This document shows, piece by piece, positions 10,004 to 17,357 of a stretch of DNA of 64,000 nucleotides. The stretch covers positions 117,838 to 181,837 of the forward strand of contig CAWIJM010000008.1 of the NCBI GenBank assembly GCA_963836445.1. Direction: 5' to 3'. The stretch's first letter is position 1. Every line of letters begins with the position of its first letter. The DNA is from an uncultured Actinomycetes bacterium (GTDB lineage: Bacteria > Actinomycetota > Acidimicrobiia > IMCC26256 > JACDBD01). The notes under the pieces were generated by a model, which searched no databases, was not told where the DNA came from, and worked only from the letters and a program-made list of their open reading frames with translations. Both the position numbers and the translations under genes were made by a program.

Positions 10004-10763
10004 TCAGTGTCCCATCCCCAGGCCCCCGTCGACGGGGACCAGAGCTCCGGTGACGTAACCGGCAGGGTCCGAACAGAGAAAAGCCACCACTGCGCTCACC
10101 TCTTCCGGCCTACCGAACCTACCCAACGGCACCGCGTCCTCCGCCTTGACCTGCCACTCGTCGGAGAGGCCCTCGGTCATCGAAGTCACGATAGGGCCCG
10201 GCGCCACGACATTGCAGGTGACGTTGCGCGGCGCGAGCTCCCGGGCGACAGAGCGTGTCAGCCCCAAGAGCCCGGCCTTCGCGGCCGCGTAGTTCGCCTG
10301 GCCGGGCCCGCCACGATGCGCGCCGACCGATGAGACGTTGACGATCCGGCCCCACCGCGCGCGCATCATCTTGGGCCGCGGCGCGCCGGATCGTGTGGAA
10401 CGCGCCCGTGAGGTTCGTGTCGATGACGCGTTGCCATTGCTCGTCAGTCATGCGTGCGACGAGTCCGTCCTGTGTGGTGCCGGCGTTGTTCACGAGCAGT
10501 TCGACCGGGCCGAGTGCGTGTTCGATCTCGCCGAACGCGTTGTCGACGGCGACCGGGTCGCGAATGTCGGCTCGAACTGCAAGCGTGTCGACGCCCGCCT
10601 TCTCGACGGCGGCACGCGTGGCCTTCGCACCATCGTCGTCGCTCGAATAACAGAACGCGACACTGTGGCCGGCTTCGGCGAGCGCGACCGCGCAGGCTCG
10701 ACCGATTCCGCGTGAGCCGCCGGTCACAAACGCGGTCCGTGCGTCCGTCACGGCTTCCCCCAC
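10004..10763 (-). CDS. fabG: 3-oxoacyl-ACP reductase, one frame change near 10370-10380
   Basis: N-terminal TGGSRGIGRA and NNAG lie in ORF 10119..10763. The C-terminal IVNVSSVG...YAAAKAG...PGPI lies in ORF 10004..10369. Confidence 0.85.
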
Positions 10764-11734
10764 CGCAGGAGCGCGCTTCCCCAGGTCATACCGGCGCCGA
10801 ACCCCGACATGAGTACGAGGTCACCGTCCTGCAGCCGTCCGTCGTCGGCTGCCTCCGCGAGCGCGAGCGGGATCGAGGCCGCCGACGTGTTGCCGTAGCG
10901 GTCGATGTTCACGATCGTCCGGTCCCCGCCGATGCCCAGCCGGCTGGCAGCCGATTCGATGATGCGGATGTTGGCCTGATGCGGGACGAACCACGCCACA
11001 TCGGAGGGGGCCACGCCGGCGCGACCGAGCGTTGTGCGCGCCGATTCGACGACGACCCGCACCGCTCGCCGGAAGACCTCCTGGCCCTGCATCTTCAGGT
11101 ATTGCTCGCCGGTGGCGATGGTCTCGGGTGTCGCCGGCATACGGCTGCCACCGGCGCGGATCTCGAGCAACCCGGCCGCCGAGCCGTCGCAGCCGAGGTC
11201 CCAGGCGAGGACACCGGGCCCGTCGTCGGGGGAGCGGCTCAAGACGGCTGCGGCGGCGCCGTCGCCGAAGAGGACGGACGTCGCCCGGTCGTCGGGGTCG
11301 ACGAGGCGCTGGAGGATCTCGGCGCCGACGATCAACACGTGATCGAGGTTGCCGGCCGCCAGGAGCGAGGAACCGACCACGAGCATGTAGACGAACCCCG
11401 CGCAGCCGGCGCCCAGGTCGAACGAGCCGCAGCGAAGCCCGAGGCCCTCACCGACGAACGCGCCGGTGTGGGGGATCGGCTGCTCCGGGCTGGCGGTGGC
11501 CACGATGAGCAGGTCGATCGCGTCGGGCGGGATTCCGGCGTTCTTGATTGCCGCCGTCCCGGCGTCGATGGCGAGCGACGCGGTCGTGTCGGTCGGGGCC
11601 GCGACGTGGCGCTCGCGAATACCGGTGCGTTCGACGATCCACGCGTCGGTCGTGTCGACGCGCTGCTCCATCTCGGCGTTCGTGACGATCCGTTCGGGAA
11701 CGGCTGTGCCCCAGCTGCCGACGCAGGCGCGCAC
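10748..11734 (-). CDS. fabH: 3-oxoacyl-ACP synthase III (KAS III)
   Basis: GSWGTAVPERIVTN..., the GAGCAGF active-site Cys, and HQAN and GNTSAAS motifs. A GTG start was chosen just downstream of the upstream ORF's stop. Confidence 0.85.
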   Translation of the reverse strand: MRACVGSWGTAVPERIVTNAEMEQRVDTTDAWIVERTGIRERHVAAPTDTTASLAIDAGTAAIKNAGIPPDAIDLLIVATASPEQPIPHTGAFVGEGLGLRCGSFDLGAGCAGFVYMLVVGSSLLAAGNLDHVLIVGAEILQRLVDPDDRATSVLFGDGAAAAVLSRSPDDGPGVLAWDLGCDGSAAGLLEIRAGGSRMPATPETIATGEQYLKMQGQEVFRRAVRVVVESARTTLGRAGVAPSDVAWFVPHQANIRIIESAASRLGIGGDRTIVNIDRYGNTSAASIPLALAEAADDGRLQDGDLVLMSGFGAGMTWGSALLRWGKP

Positions 11735-11736
11735 CG

Positions 11737-12012
11737 CTACGCGACTCGCAGCCAGGCGACGGGCTCGCCCTGACGAAGGCGCTCGCCGTCGTGGGCGAGC
11801 AGACCGGCGAGGACGCCCCGGAACGGGCTGCGGACCGGAGTCGAGATTCCCGGCCCTTCGATCACACCGACAGCCTGCCCCGCGTCGACGTTCTGACCAC
11901 ATGCGATGTCGTGGCCGAACAAGGGTCGGAACACGCCGACCGAGGGCGCCACGATGACCCGCTCGGGCACTGCCAGGCCCTCGCCGTGTACCAGGGCCAA
12001 CTCGATGGTCAT
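11737..12012 (-). CDS. biotin/lipoyl-attachment-domain-like protein lacking any lysine
   Basis: 91 aa. The ATG overlaps the fabD stop (ATGA). The sequence pattern APSVGVF...G..V..GQAVGVIEGPG....V.SPF.G.L.......G..L..GEPVAWL resembles a BCCP hairpin, with EGPG in place of EAMK. Confidence 0.6.
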   Translation of the reverse strand: MTIELALVHGEGLAVPERVIVAPSVGVFRPLFGHDIACGQNVDAGQAVGVIEGPGISTPVRSPFRGVLAGLLAHDGERLRQGEPVAWLRVA

Positions 12013-12923
12013 CGAACCTCCGTAAGTGCGGGTAGATCGTCGGGGGTGGCCACGCCCTGGACGGGTAGATCGGGCACGATCCGCTTGGCCAGCGTCGCCA
12101 GCATCGAGCCGTTGCCGACTTCGAGGCACCGGGTCACACCCATCCCCGCAATGGTCTCCATCGACGTGCGCCACCGGACGGGATCGGTGACGTGAACGGC
12201 GAGGCGAGAGCGCCAACCGTCGGCGTCCTCATAGGGCTGGGCGTCGCCATTCGAGACCACGGGGGCTGCGGGAGGCGACAAGGGAACAGCAGGCAGCTCG
12301 GCCGCGAGCCCGACGGCGGCGTCGCGCATCAGCGGCGTGTGGAAGGCGCCTCCGACGTTCAGGGCGGTGGCCCGCTTGACGCCGAGCTGCTTGGCCTGGG
12401 CGGAGCCTTCCTCGACGCCGTCGGGGGTACCGGCGATCACGACCTGGCCGGGAGCGTTGTCGTTGGCGATCCAGCATCCGTCGGCCGCGGCCCGGCACGC
12501 CTCTTCCGCCTGCTCGAGCGAGGCGCCGAGCAGAGCGGCCATGCGACCGGGATGGACGTCGGCGGCCGACTGCGTGAGCTCCGCCCGCCGGGCGGCGAAC
12601 TGCACGCCCTCCTCGAGGGGCAGCGCTCCGGACGCGATGAGCGCCGTGACCTGCCCGAGCGAGTGTCCCGCGAACGCAACCGGCGCCTCGATGCGCTCGC
12701 GTACGGCCTCCCACGCCACCAGCGAGGTCAGCAGGACGGCGAGCTGCGCGTCCCTCGTTCGGGCCAGCTGCTCGGCGGGGGCGTCGAGGACGAGCGAGGA
12801 GAGCGGCTCGCCCAATGCCGTCTCGGCCCGGTCGACGACACTCCATGCCGCGTGGTCGCGCCACGGCGCGCCCATGCCGGTGGTCTGGGTCCCCTGACCG
12901 GGGAAAATGACGGCGATGCCCAC
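12009..12923 (-). CDS. fabD: malonyl-CoA:ACP transacylase
   Basis: FPGQGTQ..., the GHSLGQ active-site Ser and NVGGAFHTPLM. The GTG start was chosen at VGIAVIFPGQG. Confidence 0.9.
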   Translation of the reverse strand: MGIAVIFPGQGTQTTGMGAPWRDHAAWSVVDRAETALGEPLSSLVLDAPAEQLARTRDAQLAVLLTSLVAWEAVRERIEAPVAFAGHSLGQVTALIASGALPLEEGVQFAARRAELTQSAADVHPGRMAALLGASLEQAEEACRAAADGCWIANDNAPGQVVIAGTPDGVEEGSAQAKQLGVKRATALNVGGAFHTPLMRDAAVGLAAELPAVPLSPPAAPVVSNGDAQPYEDADGWRSRLAVHVTDPVRWRTSMETIAGMGVTRCLEVGNGSMLATLAKRIVPDLPVQGVATPDDLPALTEVR

Positions 12924-13058
12924 GAGCTCGCTTCCGCCCGAACGTGTGGTCGTTGCTCCGACCAGCGATGGAGGGGCAGGGTTACACGCCCAGATTGCGC
13001 TCAGGAAAACGGCATGTAACGTCTCGTCGCTCGTGGCGGCGATCTGAGGAAGAAACCG

Positions 13059-13493
13059 GTGGGGATCGATTCCGACGCGCTGGTCGCCCTGCTGCCGCAC
13101 CGCCCGCCGTTCCGGTTCGTCGACGCCGTGGAGGCACTCGATCCGGGTGTCTCCGTGCGGGGCCGCTACCGCGTGACCGGTGAGGAGGCATTCCTCGCGG
13201 GCCACTTCCCCGGGAACCCGGTCTTTCCAGGAGTGCTGCAGCTGGAGGCGCTGGCGCAGACAGGTGCCATCGCCGTGCTGGCGGACGATCGCTACGCCGG
13301 CAAGCTGCCGCTCTTCGGCGGGGTGGAGAAGGTGCGATTCCGCCGGCTGGTCCGGCCCGGCGACGAGCTGGTCACGGAGGTGGAGCTCGAGCAGCTCAGC
13401 GCCCGCGGCGGCTGGGGCCGAGGCCGGGCAACGGTCGAGGGGAAGGTCGCGTGCGAAGCGCGACTGTTCTTCGCGCTGGCGAACGAGGAGTAG
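13059..13493 (+). CDS. fabZ: 3-hydroxyacyl-ACP dehydratase
   Basis: LLPHRPPFRFVD and GHFPGNPVFPGVLQLEALAQ motifs, 144 aa, divergent from fabD. Confidence 0.85.
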   Translation: MGIDSDALVALLPHRPPFRFVDAVEALDPGVSVRGRYRVTGEEAFLAGHFPGNPVFPGVLQLEALAQTGAIAVLADDRYAGKLPLFGGVEKVRFRRLVRPGDELVTEVELEQLSARGGWGRGRATVEGKVACEARLFFALANEE

Positions 13494-13496
13494 CGG

Positions 13497-13760
13497 CTAA
13501 GCCGACGAGCGGCGCTCGGGGTCGAGGTCGAGGACCTCGGCGCGCGGGCCCGAGGGACCCTCGGCTTTCTCCTCGTCCTCCTCCTCGGCGATCTCTTTGG
13601 GGTTCTCACCGAGCAGGAGCCTGGTCTCGACGTCGTCGGGGATCGGCGGTTCCGACCGGATCCGCCGCCACGGCGCCACCACGATGACGACAAGTGCTGC
13701 CAGGCAGGCGACTCCGACCAGGATCGCCACCCACTGATTGGTTTCCAGGGCGAGGTACAT
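13497..13760 (-). CDS. small membrane protein with an acidic C-terminal tail
   Basis: An internal ATG gives MYLALETNQWVAILVGVACLAALVVIVVAPW followed by a charged tail. No family was recognised. Confidence 0.4.
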   Translation of the reverse strand: MYLALETNQWVAILVGVACLAALVVIVVAPWRRIRSEPPIPDDVETRLLLGENPKEIAEEEDEEKAEGPSGPRAEVLDLDPERRSSA

Positions 13761-13934
13761 CACCACTCCGCACCACTCCGTACGTCTCGCTGTGCATCCT
13801 AACGAGGGCGTACCCACGTACCGCGTCTTTCAGAACGGTACGTTCGCGGTGAAGCGCGGGCTGTGTGTTCGCTTGCTTGTGCGCTCGCCTTTTGTTGCTT
13901 GCTTCCGAACACACGATCGATACGCTAGCAGCGA

Positions 13935-14723
13935 GTGCGATCCGAGGCTGATGTCCATCTGGTGTTCGAGTTGTGGGACGAGGGCTTGGCGAAAGCCGAG
14001 ATCGCTCGGCGCACTGGAGTCTCGCGTGCACAGGTCCGAGCCTGGCTCGAGACGGGGATGGCGGGGGTTCTCAGCTCACCCATGCGCAATCACGGCAACG
14101 CACAGGGGCGTCGTTGCGATGGTTCGTGCGATTTCGCCGCCGACATGGACGAGGTCGCGACGCGTACTCGCTCGGCCAATACCTCGGCGACGGGTGCATC
14201 AGCGAGGCGTGGAGACACGTGTTCAGGCTCCGGATCGCGACCTGCGACGCCTACCCGGAAATCAGGGCCGAGTGCGAGGCCGCCATGCGGGCGGTGATGC
14301 CAGCCAACAATGTTGGGAGAGTCCCCGCCGTCGGGTGCACAGAGCTCTACTCCAACTCGAAACACTGGCCGTGCCTGTTTCCGCAACACGAACCCGGGCG
14401 TAAGCATCTTCGCCGCATCGCGCTCGAGCCGTGGCAGCGCCGCATCGCCCTGGACCTGCACCCAGACAGGTTTCTACGTGGGTTGATTCACTCCGACGGC
14501 TGCCGACGTCATGAACAACATCACTCACCGGCTCGCGAGTGGCACGAAGGAGTACGCCTATCCGCGGTACTTCTTCTGCAACGATCGGCGGACATCCGGT
14601 GGCTGTTCATGCAGGCCTGCATCTACCCGAGATCGAGTTCCGGTACACGAAGGCGAACACAACTCTGTCGCTCAACGCGAAAGCGTTGCGAAGCTCGACT
14701 CGTTCGTCGGTCCGAAGCGCTGA
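13935..14723 (+). pseudogene. HTH plus LAGLIDADG-like (homing-endonuclease-derived) protein, at least 5 frame changes as assembled
   Basis: N-terminal HTH (LAKAEIARRTGVSRAQVRAWL). Then YLGDGCIS, SKHWPCLFPQHEPGRKH, GLIHSDGCR, YAYPRYFFCN and SVAKLDSFVGPKR* are spread over three frames. Confidence 0.6.
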
Positions 14724-14724
14724 G

Positions 14725-14797
14725 TGCCCCGGGTGGGATTCGAACCCACACTGGATCGGTTTTGAGCCGACTCTCTCTGCCGTTGGAGTACCGGGGC
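14725..14797 (-). tRNA. 73-nt class-I cloverleaf tRNA with anticodon CAA (Leu codon UUG) and a 5-nt variable loop
   Basis: Hand fold: acceptor GCCCCGG/CCGGGGC; anticodon stem GTCGG/CCGAT with loop CTCAAAA; variable loop CCAGT; T arm GTGGG-TTCGAAT-CCCAC; discriminator A; no encoded CCA. Confidence 0.7.
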
Positions 14798-14826
14798 GGA
14801 TCACTCAGGATGCCACGGAGGTCGAC

Positions 14827-15994
14827 TCAGTCGCTGGCGCTGATGCCGAGGCGCTTTGCGATCACGTTGTTCATGATCTGGTCGGTGCCGGCGCCGATCC
14901 GTTGCAGGCGGGCGTCGCGCCAGGCGCGGCTCACCGGCGTCTCCTCCATGTACCCGTAGCCGCCATAGACCTGGAGGCACGTGTCGGCGAGGCGGTTCTG
15001 CATCTGGGCGCAGTACTTCTTCGCCATCGAGATCTCCGCGACGGGATACTCGCCGTGCAGGATCCGCCACACGGTCGCGTAGAGGAGGGACCGACCGGCT
15101 TCGAGCTCGGTGGCGGCGTCGGCGAGCATGTGCGCGATCACCTGATGGTCGGCGATGGGCTTCCCGAACGCGCGCCGCTCCCGCGCGTACACGATGGTCT
15201 CGCCGAGGATCTTCTCGGCCTGCCCGACGCACGCGGCGGCGCTCGCCGAATCGCTCGTACTGGAACTGCCACATCTGCTGCGAGAATCCCTGGCCGGGCT
15301 CGAGGCCGATGAGATTCGCGTGCGGAACGGGCACGTCGTCGAGCGCGATCTCGGCGGTGTCGCTCGAGCACATGCCCAGCTTCTTCAGCGTCCGGGACAC
15401 CGACACACCGGGCAGATCCGTGTCGACGAGGAACAACGAGATGCCGCGGTACCCCGAGCCGGGCTCGGTCTGGACGACGAGCGTCAGGAAGTCGGCCCGG
15501 GCGCCGTTGGTGATGAACATCTTGCGGCCGTTGACGATCCACGTCTCGCCGTCTCGTACCGCGCGCGTCGAGATGTTGGCGACGTCCGAGCCGGCGTCGG
15601 GCTCGGAGACGGTGATCGCGCCGATCTTCTCGCCCGCGATCGCGGGCCGCAGGTAGCGCTCACGCTGTTCGTCCGTTCCGAACTCCGCCAGCGCGGGCGT
15701 CGCCATGTCGGTCTGCACCGAGATCGCCATCGGGATCGCGCCCGCCCCGCAATGCGACAGCTCCTCGATGAACACGATCTCGGCGGCAAGGTCGCCGCCG
15801 GCTCCGCCCCAACGCTCGGGGTAGTGCAGCCCGAGGAAGCCCAGCTCGCCGCAACGCCGGAAGACCCAGTCGGGGAAGTAGCCCGCCGCTTCCCACTCGT
15901 CGACCGACGGCGCCAGCTCCTTGTCGACGAACCGTCGGACGGCTGCGCGCAGCTCGTCGTGCTCGGGCGTGAAGATCGCGCTCGGAACGTCCAC
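14827..15994 (-). CDS. acyl-CoA dehydrogenase, one frame change near 15235
   Basis: The N-terminal and middle domains lie in ORF 14801..15994 (...ITVSEPDAGSD..., GRKMFITNG). The C-terminal domain (YARERRAFGKPIADHQ..., YGGYGYMEE, RIGAGT) lies in ORF 14827..15192. Confidence 0.85.
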
Positions 15995-16056
15995 ACGCCC
16001 ATTCTGGCCTGGTTTGCGGGCGGTTTCGCGGCCCCAGGCCGTAGACTCCCTGTCCC

Positions 16057-16356
16057 ATGTCCCAGTCGATCCTGCAGCGGCGGCTTGTCGATGTGAGCGA
16101 GCGGCTCAAGCGTCTGCGGTCGGAGCTGTCCGTCACCGACGAGCAAGTTGTGTTCCTCGAGGACGAAGCAGACGAAGCGCGCCTTCGGGCGCTCGTGGCC
16201 GAGACGCCGCTCGGCGACGTCGAGGCCCACGATGCCCGCCGTCACGCGGACGCACTGGCTCGCCACCGCGACACGCTCGCCGGGTCGATCGTCGAGCTCG
16301 AGCGCGAGCAGGACGCGTTGCTCGACCGGATGGCGGCCGAGCTCTCCACCCACTGA
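16057..16356 (+). CDS. hypothetical coiled-coil protein
   Basis: 99-aa ORF, charged with heptad-like character, directly upstream of pdtaR. No family was recognised. Confidence 0.45.
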   Translation: MSQSILQRRLVDVSERLKRLRSELSVTDEQVVFLEDEADEARLRALVAETPLGDVEAHDARRHADALARHRDTLAGSIVELEREQDALLDRMAAELSTH

Positions 16357-16382
16357 TCACTCCCGAACCACGGAGCGCGCCC

Positions 16383-16964
16383 GTGCCGGATCCCACACGT
16401 GTTGTGATCGCGGAGGACGAAGCGATCATCCGCCTCGATCTCAAGGAGCTCCTCGAAGAGGAGGGCTACGAGGTCGTGGGCGAGACCGGGCGTGGCGACG
16501 AGGCCATCGAGCTCGTCCGCCAGCACCAACCCGACCTCGTGATCCTCGACATCAAGATGCCGGGCATGGACGGCCTCACCGCCGCGCGCCACATCACCAG
16601 CGAGCGGCTCGCGGCCGTGCTCGTGCTCACCGCGTTCTCGCAGCGCGACCTCGTCGAACAAGCCCGCGACGCGGGCGCGCTCGCCTACCTGGTCAAACCG
16701 TTCCAGAAGAGCGACCTCATCCCCGCCATCGAGATGGCGCTCGGGCGTTACGCCGAGCTCGCGTCGCTCGAGCGCGACGTCGGCAACCTCGCCGAGCGCC
16801 TCGAGGAACGCAAGACGATCGACCGCGCCAAGGGCGTGCTCATGGACCAACACGGCACGACCGAGCAGGAAGCGTGGCGGTTCCTCCAGCAACATGCCAT
16901 GCACAATCGGGTCAAGGTGCACGACATCGCTCGGCGCGTCGTCGACGGCGAGCTCACTCCCTGA
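16383..16964 (+). CDS. pdtaR: ANTAR-domain response regulator (PdtaR-like)
   Basis: REC domain (VVIAEDE...DLVILDIKMPGMDG...LVKPF) followed by ANTAR (IDRAKGVLMDQHGTTEQEAWRFLQQHAMHNR). Confidence 0.85.
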   Translation: MPDPTRVVIAEDEAIIRLDLKELLEEEGYEVVGETGRGDEAIELVRQHQPDLVILDIKMPGMDGLTAARHITSERLAAVLVLTAFSQRDLVEQARDAGALAYLVKPFQKSDLIPAIEMALGRYAELASLERDVGNLAERLEERKTIDRAKGVLMDQHGTTEQEAWRFLQQHAMHNRVKVHDIARRVVDGELTP

Positions 16965-17056
16965 GCCACGCGTCCGATTCCGTTTCCCGCTCGCGGGGCG
17001 CGGGTACCCAGCGAGCAGAGACAGCCGAGCCCGGCTGTCCGGACCTGGAGGATTCA

Positions 17057-17254
17057 ATGCTGCTCGCCGCGTTCGAACCCGCGTCAAAAGAGCTGGCGAT
17101 CTTCTACATCATCGCCGTGGCCTGCTTCGTCGTCGCCGCGTTCGCCGGGACGACCGTGGGCCGGCGCGCCGGAGGCTCGGTGGGGCTCGTCGCCATCGGA
17201 CTTGCCTTCTTCGTGTTCCCGAGCATGTGGAACCAGGTCGACGCTGCGTTCTGA
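17057..17254 (+). CDS. small membrane protein (65 aa, two hydrophobic helices)
   Basis: An internal ATG in ORF 16148..17254 gives MLLAAFEPASKELAIFYIIAVACFVVAAFAG...VGLVAIGLAFFVFPSMW. Confidence 0.4.
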   Translation: MLLAAFEPASKELAIFYIIAVACFVVAAFAGTTVGRRAGGSVGLVAIGLAFFVFPSMWNQVDAAF

Positions 17255-17357
17255 GAACAGCCTGATCGGGTGCGTCAGGCATACGATCGATACGCGGAAT
17301 CGGCGGCTTTGCCGACCGAGCCGCATAGCCGGAGCCTGCGACGGCGACAGGAGGCAA

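Noticed and set aside
13829-13845. AGAACGGTACGTTCG upstream of the LAGLIDADG-like gene as an SOS box.
   Set aside because: The GAAC and GTTC halves are separated by 5 nt rather than 4, and the 5' half lacks the leading C, so it does not fit the CGAAC-N4-GTTCG spacing seen at uvrA.
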